This document shows positions 41,774 to 56,800 of a stretch of 64,000 nt of DNA, piece after piece. The notes below the pieces were generated by a model. It was not told where the DNA came from. It did not search any database and was given only the letters and a program-made list of their open reading frames with translations. The translations under genes and the position numbers were made by a program. Source of the stretch: Tubiluchus corallicola (Eukaryota > Animalia > Priapulida); the NCBI GenBank assembly GCA_030141605.1, contig JAQGDQ010000707.1, positions 1 through 64,000 on the forward strand. Reading direction: 5' to 3'. How positions within the stretch are numbered: position 1 is the stretch's first letter; each line of letters opens with the position of its first letter.

Positions 41774-43375
41774 TTCGTACAAGCTGTGTATTAATATTGT
41801 CAGCTCTTGTGGCAATCTGTGGTTTGTTATTGGGTTGTTAAGATAAATGTGATGCCAGTGGCGTAGCTAATGGGGGAGCAAGGGGAGCGACTGCTCCCTC
41901 TAGTGGTTCGTACAAGCTGTGTATTAATATTGTCAGCTCTTGTGGCAATCTGTGGTTTGTTATTGGGTTGTTAAGATAAATGTGATGCCAGTGGCGTAGC
42001 TAATGGGGGAGCAAGGGGAGCGACTGCTCCCTCTAGTGGTTCGTACAAGCTGTGTATTAATATTGTCAGCTCTTGTGGCAATCTGTGGTTTGTTATTGGG
42101 TTGTTAAGACAAATGTGATGCCAGTGGCATAGCTAATGGGGGAGCAAGGGGAGCGACTGCTCCCTCTAGTGGTTCGTACAAGCTGTGTATTAATATTGTC
42201 AGCTCTTGTGGCAATCTGTGGTTTGTTATTGGGTTGTTAAGACAAATGTGATGCCAGTGGCGTAGCTAATGGGGGGAGCAAGGGGAGCGACTGCTCCCTC
42301 TAGTGGTTCGTACAAGCTGTGTATTAATATTGTCAGCTCTTGTGGCAATCTTTGGTTTGTTATTGGGTTGTTAAGATAAATGTGATGCCAGTGGCGTAGC
42401 TAATGGGGGAGCAAGGGGAGCGACTGCTCCCTCTAGTGGTTCGTACAAGCTGTGTATTAATATTGTCAGCTCTTGTGGCAATCTGTGGTTTGTTATTGGG
42501 TTGTTAAGACAAATGTGATGCCAGTGGCGTAGCTAATGGGGGGAGCAAGGGGAGCGACTGCTCCCTCTAGTGGTTCGTACAAGCTGTGTATTAATATTGT
42601 CAGCTCTTGTGGCAATCTTTGGTTTGTTATTGGGTTGTTAAGATAAATGTGATGCCAGTGGCGTAACTAATGGGGGAGCAAGGGGAGCGACTGCTCCCTC
42701 TAGTGGTTCGTACAAGCTGTGTATTAATATTGTCAGCTCTTGTGGCAATCTTTGGTTTGTTATTGGGTTGTTAAGATAAATGTGATGCCAGTGGCGTAGC
42801 TAATGGGGGAGCAAGGGGAGCGACTGCTCCCTCTAGTGGTTCGTACAAGCTGTGTATTAATATTGTCAGCTCTTGTGGCAATCTTTGGTTTGTTATTGGG
42901 TTGTTAAGATAAATGTGATGCCAGTGGCATAGCTAATGGGGGAGCAAGGGGAGCGACTGCTCCCTCTAGTGGTTCGTACAAGCTGTGTATTAATATTGTC
43001 AGCTCTTGTGGCAATCTTTGGTTTGTTATTGGGTTGTTAAGATAAATGTGATGCCAGTGGCATAGCTAATGGGGGAGCAAGGGGAGCGACTGCTCCCTCT
43101 AGTGGTTCGTACAAGCTGTGTATTAATATTGTCAGCTCTTGTGGCAATCTTTGGTTTGTTATTGGGTTGTTAAGATAAATGTGATGCCAGTGGCATAGCT
43201 AATGGGGGAGCAAGGGGAGCGACTGCTCCCTCTAGTGGTTCGTACAAGCTGTGTATTAATATTGTCAGCTCTTGTGGCAATCTTTGGTTTGTTATTGGGT
43301 TGTTAAGATAAATGTGATGCCAGTGGCATAGCTAATGGGGGGAGCAAGGGTAGCGACTGCTCCCTCTAGTGGTTT
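41774..43375. repeat. 133-bp satellite x12 (host flank plus left terminus of a hAT element)
   Basis: Each unit contains tgtgatgc|CAGTGGCGTAGC... Confidence 0.95.
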
Positions 43376-44449
43376 GTTTTTCAAAATTGGTGCCTTTCCA
43401 ATAATTTTTTACTTCACTTGTGCAATTGCTGAATGATCATTTAATTGGCTGAATTTGATAAAGTCCTGCTTTCGTTCTGCAATGGACGAGGATAGATTGT
43501 CTGGGTTAGTTTTGCTCTCCAGTGAAAGAGAGTGGTTACTCAGGTGGTTTATAATAAAGTTATAGATTATTTTGCTGGAATGAAGCCTAGATGAAAGAGA
43601 CTGTTGTAGTTCCTTCATCTTACATTTTTCACAATAATTCATTTTGTTTTCATTTTACGTTTAAAATTAAAATAATTAAACAACTCACCAGTTTCTATTA
43701 TGTTTTAAGATTTACGAACTTACTGTAAAACTTTTAATTGTGTTTTGATTTTAAACACAAAATTAAAATGTATAATCAGTTCTTTAGAAATCATTTAAGA
43801 TGTGTCGTGTCTTTTTTATGTGCTTGCTCCCCCTAACTTTAGAACCTGGCTATGCCCCTGTCACAGTGTCTCTTATGTGCTTGCTCCCCCTAACTTTAGA
43901 ACCTGGCTATGCCCCTGTCACAGTGTCTTTTTTATGTGCTTGCCCCCCTAACTTTAGAACCTGGCTACGCCCCTGTCACAGTGTCTTTTTATGTGCTTGC
44001 CCCCCTAACTTTAGAACCTGGCTATGCCCTGTCACAGTGTCTTTTTTATGTGCTTGCCCCCCTAACTTTAGAACCTGGCTACCCCTGTCACAGTGTCTTT
44101 ATGTGCCCTGTCACAGTGTCTTTTTATGTGCTTGCCCCCCTAACTTTAGAACCTGGCTACGCCCCTGTCACAGTGTCTTTTTATGTGCTTTCCCCCTAAC
44201 TTTAGAACCTGGCTACGCCCCTGTCACAGTGTCTTTTTATGTGCTTCCCCCTAACTTTAGAACCTGGCTATGCCCCTGTCACAGTGTCTCTTATGTGCTT
44301 GCTCCCCCTAACTTTAGAACCTGGCTACGCCCCTGTCACAGTGTCTCTTATGTGCTTGCCCCCCTAACTTTAGAACCTGGCTACGCCCCTGTCACAGTGT
44401 CTCTTATGTGCTTGCCCCCCCCTAACTTTAGAACCTGGCTATGCCCCTG
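43321..44449 (+). mobile_element. Non-autonomous hAT (Tip100/ZMYM1-like) relic
   Basis: TIRs CAGTGGC(G/A)TAGC / GCTA(C/T)GCCCCTG; 8-bp TSD-like TGTGATGC/TGTGTTAC; 43427-43608 reads AE*SFNWLNLIKSCFRSAMDEDRLSGLVLLS..YNKVIDYFAGMKPR, the hAT C-terminal dimerisation domain with stops. Confidence 0.8.
43803..44449. repeat. ~57-bp array of the hAT right terminus, ~11 copies
   Basis: Unit tcacagtgtctttttatgtgcttgcccccctaactttagaacctggctacgcccctg. Confidence 0.93.
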
Positions 44450-45056
44450 TGTGTTACTTTAATTGATTTATGAATATTGTTTATGCAATGATATGATTTT
44501 CATGGGAGACATGTTCAGGTCATAGAGAATGTTTTTCATCTTGTATTCTCAGTTCGAGGCCTGGTTAAATTTATCCAGTTGTATTTTAACATTGCAGACT
44601 TAGAGGCAGACATTTATACTGGGCAGACTGGCGGTGTGATATAATGTCATGAAACTAGAATTGTTTAAACTTTTTTAAAATGTTGGAGATTCAGTTGGTC
44701 AAGCTAGCTCAATTGTGTAAAAGATTACTTTATTTTTTGGTATACATTATGGTAGTATTATTGTTTATGTATATATGTTTTGAAATTGTGTATCGTATAA
44801 CTTTGTTGTTGTTGATGGACAGGTGTAGAGAAGTATATTATTTTTTATAGGGTAAATTTTCCAATTTATTTCTTTTGTGGCTCAAATATACTTACTATTT
44901 TGCCTACTCCATTTTACACTATTCTAATAAAAAGTACTTGTTATTATGTAAGTTAATTGTACGTATTAAATTTGTTTTTTGAATTAATTTCATCTAGAAG
45001 GTTTGTTAGATCTTAATTTTTTCATAATGTGGTCACAGAGTTTGAGTGAATTTTAA

Positions 45057-45412
45057 TGGAATTGTGGGAGGTGGTATGGAATTGTGGGATACGCTATGGA
45101 ATCATGTGATATGGTACAGAATTGTGGGTTATGGAATGGAATTGTGGGTTGTGCTATGGAATTGTTGGATATGGAATGGAATTGTGGGATACGCTATGGA
45201 ATTGTGGGATACGCTATGGAATCATGCGATATGGTACAGAATTGTGGGATGTGCTATGGAATTGTGGGATATGGTACAGAATTGTGGGATATGAAATGGA
45301 TTTGTGGGATGTGCTATGGAATTGTGGGATATGGAATGGAATTGTGGGATATGGAATTGAATTGTATGATGTGCTATGGAATTGTGGGATATGCTATGGA
45401 ATTGTGGGATAT
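45057..45412. repeat. 20-bp minisatellite (atggaattgtgggatatgct), ~17 copies
   Basis: Direct reading. Confidence 0.93.
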
Positions 45413-46135
45413 GTTATTGATGCACGATTATCATGCTCTCGGACATTATTATCATCATACAGACGAAACAATGAAAGGTTTTTCATTTTTTGTAAATGAA
45501 CTGTAACCACTGTAACCAGTTTTGAAGGTTCAAGCAGCTTGTTTATAATTTCCATGCAAATCTGTTGAGAACTTGGTCTTGCATTTAAAATTCGCTTTGT
45601 TTAGAAATTTTTCCATTTCATTTAAAAAAATTCTCAATTTTCATACAGATCTTAAACAATTTTTTCCACTTTTCAGCCTAGCTTTTTTGTTCAGGTGCAG
45701 GATTATTCCAGATTTTTTGCAATTCTGAATCTAGCCTTTTTTCTGGCTTTTCTTTAATGGCATTATTAGTTCAGTATTAGCTCAGTAGATGGCGACACTA
45801 TATTGCACAAAATATTATACAGAATGTGCTCAATGTGAAAAGAGATCCATATCAACAATAAACAGAATTCAATTTCTAAAGAAGCTGTTTGTTGTCCAGA
45901 CGTGTTTGCAAGTGAGTTGCACTGATTGGTTAATGATAATTAATGTTAATGATAGTTAATGTTAATGATAGTTAATGTTAGCCACTGCTGGTTAAACATT
46001 AACAAATTGGTAAGATTTGGCAGAGTGCTTTATTTAGAGACTTGGGAATTTCTGTTTGCATGTGTGAAAGTAATTGACATGCATCTGAGAGCTAATATGT
46101 GTTCGACAAACATTGCAGGTTTTGTGTGTTGTGGA

Positions 46136-46790
46136 AGCCTGCAGTTTTTGTATGTGGTTTAAAAACATTGTAGTTTTTATGTGTGTTCTGAAAGCTTTGC
46201 AGTTTTTGTATGTGGTTTAAAAACATTGTAGTTTTTATGTGTGTTCTGAAAGCCTTGCAGTTTTTGTATGTGGTTTAAAAACATTGTAGTTTTTATGTGT
46301 GTTCTGAAAGCCTTGCAGTTTTTGTATGTGGTTTAAAAACATTGTAGTTTTTATGTGTGTTCTGAAACCTTGCAGTTTTTGTATGTGGTTTAAAAACATT
46401 GTAGTTTTTATGTGTGTTCTGAAAGCCTTGCAGTTTTTGTATGTGTTTTAAAAACATTGTAGTTTTATGTGTGTTCTGAAAGCTTGCAGTTTTTGCATGT
46501 AGTTTAAAAACATTGTAGTTTTTATGTGTGTTCTGAAAGCTTGCAGTTTTTGCATGTGGTTTAAAAACATTGTAGTTTTTATGTGTGTTCTGAAAGCTTG
46601 CAGTTTTTGCATGTGGTTTAAAAACATTGTAGTTTTTATGTGTGTTCTGAAAGCTTGCAGTTTTTGCATGTGGTTTAAAAACATTGTAGTTTTTATGTGT
46701 GTTCTGAAAGCCTGCAATTTTTGTATGTGGCTTAAAAACATTGTAGTTTTTACGTGTGTTCTGAAAACCTGCAATTTTTGTATGTGGCTT
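46136..46790. repeat. 57-58-bp minisatellite, ~11 copies
   Basis: Unit gcagtttttgtatgtggtttaaaaacattgtagtttttatgtgtgttctgaaagctt. Confidence 0.95.
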
Positions 46791-46796
46791 TGTATG

Positions 46797-47468
46797 TTGC
46801 CCCCCCTAACTTTAGAACCTGTTGCTCCCCCTAACTTTAGAACCTGGCTACGCCCCGGTCACAGTGTCTTTTTCATGTGCTTGCCCCCCTTAACTTTAGA
46901 ACCTGGCTACGCTCCTGTCACAGTGTCTTTTTTATGTGCTTGCTCCCCCTCACTTTAGAACCTGGCTACGCCCCTGTCACAGTGTCTTTTTCATGTGCTT
47001 GCCCTCCTAACTTTCGAACCTGTTGCTCCTAACTTTAGAACCTGGCTACGCTCCTGTCACAGTGTCTTTTTTATGTGCTTGCCCCCCTAACTTTAGAACC
47101 TGGCTACACCCCTGTCACGGTGTCTTTTACGTGCTTGCTCCCCCTAACTTTAGAACCTGGCTACGCCCCGGTCACAGTGTCTTTTTCATGTGCTTGCCCC
47201 CCTTAACTTTAGAACCTGGCTACGCCCCTGTCACAGTGTCTTTTTCATGTGCTTGCCCCCCTTAACTTTAGAACCTGGCTACGCCCCGGTCACAGTGTCT
47301 TTTTCATGTGCTTGCCCCCCTAAACTTTAGAACCTGGCTACGCCCCGGTCACAGTGTCTTTTTCATGTGCTTGCCCCCCCCCCCCCTTAACTTTAGAACC
47401 TGGCTACACCCCTGTCACAGTGTCTTTTTTATGTGCCCCCCTAACTTTATAACCTGGCTACGCCCCTG
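46797..47468. repeat. Second array of the hAT right-terminus unit
   Basis: Same unit as 43803-44449; ends gctacgcccctg. Confidence 0.92.
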
Positions 47469-47837
47469 ATAGTAGAGATATTGAATATATAATGAGATAT
47501 ACATGAATGTACCATATTGTATGTATAATCTCTTAACTATTCCACGCTGTTACAGCTTACATGAGTCGTGGTTGATAAGCCTATTCACAAGAGTCATGCA
47601 TCATAAGCCTTGCTCACTTCACTGGCTTGTGCACTCGTGAATTAGAGTGGCGTGATTTCACCTACATGCTCTTATCATTAATGTATTTACATTCATATAG
47701 GATGACGGGTAAACATTAGCAGATTTGCACAGCACGATGGCTAATGTAGACGAATTATTAACTGCACTCCCTCGGTGTGTGATGGACAGCAGAGACAATG
47801 TGTGTTAATCGTGATCACAGCTAAAGTTACCGATACA

Positions 47838-50800
47838 ATGAATGAAAGTAATGCAAACAAGGTTGCTCCGCTGGGTAACTCGGCGGAGAAACCCGGATTA
47901 GACGTGGACGATGCACCGGAGCACACTTTCGGATGGTTTTCCTACAAGCCGCATAGCCTGCAGAGATTCTGTCATCCTAAATGGTTTCTCTTTTGGGTTT
48001 CGTGGAGCGGTGCTCTCCAGGGGATGATCGTGAACGGACTGGTCGCCGTCGTCATCACTACGCTCGAACAACGTTTCTCAATGAGTAGTTCCGAGTCGGG
48101 TTTAATTGCCAGTTGCTATGACATTGCTTCTGTGATATGTTCATTACCAGTGAGTTACATTGGTGCAACTAAGCACAAACCGAGGATTATTAGCTTCGGG
48201 ATGGTGCTCATGGGCGTCGGTGCATTTGTGTTTTATTTGCCGCATTTTACGACGGATTTCTACGTACCGACCGTGACGAATTCTTCCGAACATTTGTGCG
48301 ATAACACGACAATGGATGATTTGTGTGACGAGCAATCGGATCGTAGTCTTAACAGCTACAAATACGTCTTCTATCTTGCACAGTTCTTGGTTGGAGTTGG
48401 TTGTTCAAGTTTCTACACGCTCGGGGTTGCGTTTCTGGACGACAACGTACGACCGAAGGTAGTCTCCGTGTATGTAGGTAAGAGTAATTCAGATAACCCC
48501 AATAAGCCTTTTCACAGTTTCGTTCTTGTAGGTCAAAGGTTAAATGTACCACAACAACACGTCTTAACTACAATCATCACGTGACGTGTAGGTAAAGCAA
48601 AGCCGTCTGCCACTTCAGTTTTGTAACTTCAGTTGTTTTATGTGGATTATACTTCATTAGTCTGTGCGTAGAGTGATTTACTAGCAGGATCTTGCTTGGT
48701 TACAAGAAAAAAATGAACTAGGCAAGGTTCTAGCTAACTGTTAAAACTGTTACTGTTGCAAAGCATGGACTGCGAGGTGTTGTCAAGTGTGCATAAAAGC
48801 GTTGTCTGGTACACTTAACCTTTGACCTTTCCACGATCATCATCAATCGCTGCAACTGTGAAAAGGCTTATTGTATTAAAAATAATTCAGATCTTTTCAG
48901 GTTGTTGATGTCTGTAAGCCCAACTTCTGTATGAAAATCTTCAAAATGTGTAACCCGACCAGTCATACAGCAGACGACAGAGTAACCCAACCAGTCATAC
49001 GGCAGATGACAGAGTAACCCGACCACTCATACAGCAGACGACAGAGTAACCCGACCAGTCGTACAGCAGACGACAGAGTAACCCGACCAGTCATACATCA
49101 GACGACAGAGTAACACGACCAGTCATACAGCAGATGACAGAGTAACACGACCAGTCATACAGCAGATGACAGAGTAACCCGACCAGTCATACAGCAGATG
49201 ACAGAGTAACCCGACCAGTCATACATCAGACGACAGAGTAACCCGACCAGTCATACATCAGACGACAGAGTAACCACATCAGTATTACAGCAGATGACAG
49301 AGTAACCCGACCAGTCATACGGCAGATGACAGAGTAACCCGACCAGTCATACGGCAGATGACAGAGTAACCCGACCAGTCATACGGCAGATGACAGAGTA
49401 ACCCCACCAGTCATACAGCAGATGACAGAGTAACCCGACCAGTCATACATCAGATGCAGAGTAACACTCAGTATAATACTCTTATAACAAGTATAAAAGT
49501 ATATTGGTTCCCGTGTGTAGTATATTTGTGTGTATTACGCTTCTACATGGATTTTAGTACAATAATTTAGTGTAATGAATTACCTATCTGCAGCTTGTGT
49601 TGATTGAATTTATGTCACCATTTTACATGTTGGGTGTCTGCGTGAGATGCTGCAATCTTAGAAAACCAGATAAAGCAAAACTAGAAAGTGTTTTGTTGTA
49701 AGAAGACACTTACTGGCATTGACAAATCTTACGTTTCACAGAAAAATAACGCGACTGGTTCGTTTTGTTTAAGGGCTTACACATACACTATGTTCTTACT
49801 TGGGCTAAATTTCAAAATTGAAGAACTTCCAGAATTTGGCCCCCGCTGAATTAGGCACCCTAGGCAACTGCCTAGTTTGCCTAAAGGTGGAGCCAGTCCT
49901 GATTGTTATCTCTTTGTCTAGTGCTGTTACATTCATGATTTCGTGTTTTTCATGTAGTTATGCTTCATGTTTTTATGTAGTTATGTGTTTCATGTTCTGA
50001 TTTCATGTTTTTATGTAGTTATGTTTTATGTTCCGAATTCATGTTTTTTTATGTAGTTGTGTTTTATGTTCTGATTTCATGTTTTTATGTAGTTATGTGT
50101 TTCATGTTCTGAATTTATGTTTTTTGATGTAGTTATGTTTTATGTTCTGATTTCATGTTTTTTGTGCAGTTGTGTGTTTATGTTCTGAATTCGTGTTCTA
50201 TGTAGTTATGTTTCTTTTTCTAATTTTATGTTTCTTGATGTGGTTATGTTTTATGTTCTGGTTTTATAAAACAATTGTTCTTTCAGGGATCTATTACACC
50301 ATGACTATTGTTGGACCAGCCATTGGCTACATGGGCGGAGGGTGGTTATTATCCATCTACGTTGACGCCCCGGGCAAAGACCCCGATGAGTAAGCATTAT
50401 AACACATACAGAGTCTTTTGCTTTTGGAAAAAGTAAAAATATGCTGCAAAATTGAGAGATTTCAGAATTTTTCACAAATCAGACCAAGGTTCGGATCTAT
50501 GGCTGAATTTCAGGAGATTGGTGGTCAAATCAGGAGTGGTGGTAGCCCAAAATGAAACTTCGTAATGGCAAAATAACAATGTCTTTCTAGTTTGTGTGAG
50601 ACACCATTGTTTATGCATTCAATTGAATATCTATAGTGTTACCTGTAAACTGTCAACTTTAAATTCCAGTTGTCTGTCTTGGGTTTCTCAACCCCCTTGA
50701 GTTTTTTCTTGTTTATATTTTAAAAAATCAGTTTTGAATTGAGTTTTCTTTGTGTTCCAGGTTCAGTTTGACTCCTACCAGCAGTGCCTGGATTGGGGCA

Positions 50801-53800
50801 TGGTGGATAGGCTTTTTCCTAGGGTCATTTCTCTGTTGGTTTGCTGCTATTCCGATGTTTGGAATGCCCCACGATTTACCGGGTAAGTGTGGCTATTACT
50901 GCGGGAAAATTGCATCCTTTGGACCGTATAATTCTTCTCTTATGCTATAACAGCTATAATTGACACAATTATACTGTATCTCAGGGGTTTTCAAGTGTTT
51001 AGCTTGGATTGTGTGCACAACCTACTTACCTGTAGGTAATTTACACATTCAATATTCATGCACGCATGTCGTGGGAATTTAGTTCCTGTGATTTGTTGTA
51101 AATTCTTATCAAGATCTCGTAGACACTCATAGAACTGAGTTAAAATGTGAAACTAGTCGCCAAGGCCGCAAAATACTAATTATTAACTTCATAATTAACA
51201 TTTCCTGGCTGGTTAGTTGAGTTAATAGTGATTGTTAGTGAAGTAGCATGTGTCCCGATTATTAACTGGATGCTGCATATGACAGTTGAAAACTCTATGT
51301 TCTGAAACATGACATACGTGTCCTTTTTTGAATTGTTTGGATACGTGTTATGAAATATCAGAAGCTGCATTAATTGCAGACACTCTCATCTCATGATTAA
51401 CTGTGGTTAGGCCTAAATTCACCCCCCCCCCCGCCTGTACTAACTTGCTGCAGTGAGCATAACCTAGAAATACAGTAATGATCTAAACTGTAAAACTAGT
51501 TTGTTTTAATCACCTATCCAGTTACATTGCTCCATATGCACTTTACAATGTATGTAATGAATGGTTTAGCTTATAAATTCCTGTTTGCAAACTTCTAGCT
51601 TTCGTCTAGCTGATTGTCTGTCCATTTTTTCTTTCATTTCATAAATGTGTTTACGTGTTTTTCAGTTAGAATAATTGTTAGCTTCATTGATACGTCAGAT
51701 AACTAATTACTATTTCAGTTTTACATTTAACTGTTTGTAGTGTGTTAGAAAAGCGTCAGTTTTACAAATCCTGTTTCATACAGTTTGTCGTGAAGCTCAC
51801 GATTCCATTAATTTATTTAATTGATTATTAGTTTGTACTGATTAATCATAATTATTAGTATCAATAGAATTTTTGTACATGCATACGTCGTCTTTTGGGT
51901 AGTCATTATTACATTCTCCTGCTAACATATTAAATTAAATCTTATATGAGATGTTACTAATTTTCAGTAATAAAACTGTTTAATTATTTCACTTATTAAA
52001 ACTGTTAAAACTCATTAATCACCTATCCAGTTACATTGCTGCATATGCACTTGCATATGGATATATAATAAAACTGTTTTATTTCTCTGTATACAGTTTA
52101 AACTTGCATCATTGTACAGAACCTTGAACTAGTATGCATAACATTTACCTTTAATCAACTGCTGGCTTCTTTTCACTCCATGGAAAAGTTTTACCTGGTT
52201 TATTTCTCTGTATACAGTTTAAACTTTCATCATTGTACAGAACCTTGAACTAGTATGTATAACATTTACCTTTAATCAACTGCTGGCTTCTTTTCACTTC
52301 ATGAAAAAGTTTTACCTGGTTTATTTCTCTGTATACAGTTTAAACTTTCATCATTGCACAGAACCTTGAACTAGTATGCATAACATTTACCTTTAATCAA
52401 CTGCTGGCTTCTTTTCACTTCATGGAAAAGTTTTACCTGGTTTATTTCTCTGTATGCAGTCTAAACTTTCATCATTGTACAGAACCTTGAACTAGTATGC
52501 ATAACATTTACCTTTAATCAACTGCTGGCTTCCTTTCACTTCATGGAAAAGTTTTACCTGGTTTATTTCTCTGTATACAGTCTAAACTTTCATCATTGTA
52601 CAGAACCTTGAACTAGTATGCATAACATTTACCTTTAATCAACTGCTGGCTTCTTTTCACTTCATGGAAAAGTTTTACCTGGTTTATTTCTCTGTATACA
52701 GTTTAAACTTTCATCATTGTACAGAACCTTGAACTAGTATGAATAACATTTACCTTTAATCAACTGCTGGCTTCTTTTCACTTCATGGAAAAGTTTTACC
52801 TGGTTTATTTCTCTGTATACAGTTTAAACTTTCATCATTGTACAGAACCTTGAACTAGTATGTATAACATTTACCTTTAATCAACTGCTGGCTTCTTTTC
52901 ACTTCATGAAAAAGTTTTACCTGGTTTATTTCTCTGTATACAGTTTAAACTTTCATCATTGTACAGAACCTTGAACTAGTATGCATAACATTTACCTTTA
53001 ATCAACCGCTGGCTTCCTTTCACTTCATGGAAAAGATTTACCTGGTTTATTTCTCTGTATACAGTCTAAACTTTCATCATTGTACAGAACCTTGAACTAG
53101 TATGCATAACACTTACCTTTAATCAACTGCTGGCTTCCTTTCACTTCATGGAAAAGTTTTACCTGGTTTATTTCTCTGTATACAGTCTAAACTTTCATCG
53201 TTGTACAGAACCTTGAACTAGTATGCATAACATTTACCTTTAATCAACTGCTGGCTTCTTTTCACTTCATGGAAAAGTTTTACCTGGTTTATTTCTCTCT
53301 ACACAGTTTAAACTTTCATCATTGTACAAAACCTTGAACTAGTATGTATAACATTTACCTGTAATCAACTGCTGGCTTCTTTTCACTTCATGGAAAAGAT
53401 TTACCTGGTCAGTTGGCTTGGTAGAACTTTAGAGAGAGCAATGTAATGTCCTACTGCTATTTTAGAAAATAAATTGCATGTGATATGAACAACTTAGCTG
53501 CATCCTACTTCGTTTATTCTTCCAAAGAAGCCAGTCTGTTAGCACTTACCTTTAGAATTTCTTCATAGAGTTTAATTATCGTTCATTTATCATTGTATAT
53601 GTGTGATGTAATAATTTGATAATTGTTATTATCTAAGTTAAAATCTAAAGTAAGTTTTCACGTTTTCTTTGCAGCTTTCAACAGCCACACTAAACTACAA
53701 TGTTCTCATAATAAATTTCTCTTTCTGTTTAAAATATAGTCTATTTCGAGCTCCGTGATGTTAGTTTGTGACGGAATGTTCATCTGCTCTCCCCCTCCCT

Positions 53801-56800
53801 TTTCGTCTTTTATATAAATAATAAAAAAACCTTCAGTAAAACCATTCACAACCTAAGTTGTCTTTTATGTAATTTTAATCACCTAACTAATCAATTTTTG
53901 GCACATACATTGAAAAAAAATGCCAAGTTCACATTTCAGGTTTCTGTTTTTCCCAAAAACATGATATTACGGAAGCTCAAAATTTGTTTTTCTATGAGTA
54001 CAAATAATCGATTATAGAATAATGTAGACAATGATGTCTAAAATAATGTAGACAATGATGTCTAAAATAATGTAGACAATCATGTCTAAAATAATGTAGA
54101 CAATGATGTCTAAAATAATGTAGACAATTATGTCTAAAATAATGTAGACAATGATGTCTAAAATAATGCAGACAACGATGTCTAAAATAATGTAGACAAC
54201 GATGTCTAAAATAATGTAGACAACGATGTCTAAAATAATGTAGACAATTATGTCTAAAATAATGTAGACAATGATGTCTAAAATAATGTAGACAATGATG
54301 TCTAAAATAATGTAGACAATGATGTCTAAAATAATGTAGACAATGATGTCTAAAATAATGTAGACAATGATGTCAAAAAATTACTTTTTAGAAAGAATAT
54401 TTTGTCGTGCTGTGGGTTTTTAAATTGTTGAGTTTTAGTACAGGTTCAGATTCAATGGAGGAATTTTTGAATAATTTTTTTGTTTTATTTTTCTCAAGGT
54501 GCGGAAGCTGCGAGGGCAGAAAGAATCAGTGAGGTTCATAAAAAAGGGGATGACGATGCAGTTACCAGGGCGGGTTTTGGAGAGTCGTACAAAGATGTGC
54601 CAAAAGCATTTAAAAACTTGATGTCAAATCCAACATTCATGTTTTTGAATTTTGCTGGTGCTACTGAAGGTAAATAAACTTTATGAAATTCAACATTCAT
54701 GTTTTTGAATTTTGCTGGTGCTACTGAAGGTAAATAAACTTTATCAAAATCAACATTCATGTTCTTGAATTTTGCTGGTGCTACTGATGGTAAATAAACT
54801 CGATGTCAAATCCGACATTCATGTTCTTGAATTTCGCTGGTGTTACTGTAGGTAAATAAACTTCATGTCAGTTTCAACATTCATGTTCTTGAATTTTGCT
54901 GATCCTACCGAAGGTAAATAAACTTAATGTCAGTTTCAACATTCATATTGTTGAATTTTACTGGCGTAAGTTCTGTTAGTCTTACATGATTTTTTAATTA
55001 TCTAAATTAAAAATTTTAATAAATTTTGGTGTTTTAACTACGAATTTGTTTCTTGTTTTAGAAGTTTCACTAAATATTTACTACCAGAAAGGTTAAAGGT
55101 CAACATTCAAGACTTTGCTCATTCTCTTTCTCAATTTTTTCAAGGTTTTTTCAAATCTTAAACTCGAGAAGTTCTAATGAAACTTTACATTTATATTATC
55201 AGGTATGCTGGTTGGTGGATTTGCAATATTTATGCCCAAGTTTATTGAAGTTCAGTTTGCAATGACGGCAGGTGCTGCAGCCATAATCATGGGTAATTGC
55301 AATTTACATTTTAAAACAGTGCAGCATGGTGTTGGTTCTGTGTTGACACAATAGAGGACAGCACATGCTTTGTACAGTGTTGCATAGCAAAATGTTTATA
55401 CACTTGCACGAGATTTTACTAATATTATTGCTGAGCTAATAGTGTTTGTCTGTGACAACTTGGTTATTGTATACTAAGCCTTTTCACAGTTCCAGCAATT
55501 GTTGAAGATCGTGAAAAGGTCAAAGGTTAAATGTGTCAGACAACACATTTGTGTACACTTGACAATGCCTCGCAGCCCATGCTATTGTAATAGTAACCGT
55601 TTTAACAGCTAGCTAGAATCTTACCTAGTTCATTTTTTCTTGTTCTCAAGCAAAATCCTGCTAGTAAATCACTCTATGCACAGACTAATGCATAATTAAG
55701 TAAAGTCCACGTAAAACAATTGAAGTTACTGAACTGGCATGGCAGACAGCATTGCTTTACACTCACATCACGTCACAGTTGTTGAAGCGTTACTGTAGTA
55801 CAAATAACCTTTAACTTACAGCAACTGCAGATGTGCACAACGAAACTATGAAAAGTCTTTTGACAAATCAGAATTTTGACATTAATTCGTTTCTAAGATT
55901 CATTTAAAGCCTTTGTAATGCATAGTAAGGAGATGATTGATGAGTCGTTCTTCCTTAGTAGTAATAAACTACATTTGGTGCCTAATTGAATCTGTTGGTT
56001 AATTGGGTCAAAATACTTATCCCAGAGTCCACTAGGCGGCGCCTACTGTAGTTAAGCAGTTAAATATTTCAAGAAGAGTTATCATCATACTGTACATGTG
56101 TGAATTTGCTTGATCCTGTGACGAGTTTTTTCAACATTAACATAAACATTTTTACATCAAAAACGTTAATGAATAATTAGATATACCGTCCGTTTCACCA
56201 TAAGCCAGTCTCATTAGAAGTTTTCGTATTTATTTCTCTGTACTTTAGGGTTCATTGTGGTACCCGCCGGAGGAGGTGGAAACTTCTTGGGCGGTTGGTT
56301 AATCAAGAAGTTCTCGCTGTCTTGTCAGAACACGATCAGATTTTGTTGGATCGTCAGCTTCACCGCCGTGTTCATTTGCTTCGTTTTCTTCATTAAATGT
56401 GAGCAGGGACCGGTGGCCGGTTTTACTGACATGAACAGGTAAAAACTTCAATTATTTTAATATTGTGAGTACACTCATGTCTCAGTTTACCGAACAAAAG
56501 CGGAGAGACGTATGTCTGAATTTGCCGATCGTCCGTATTTACCGATTCTAAGCTAATACAGTAGGTGTTACGTATTAGACTCATGGTAATCTATACTCTT
56601 ATATTAATATTCTTGGTATCTTAATATATATATATATAAGATTCGAGGCTACAGCCCGGACGAGGGCACCATTTGCGGCGATCTATATATCAAATGAAAG
56701 GTCTCGATCTAGTGTCGTCTCATTGATGGTTTATTTTTCGAATTGGGCCCACCGGAAGGAAGGGGAGGCGAAAAACCTCCAAAAATGGCCATTTTTCGGC

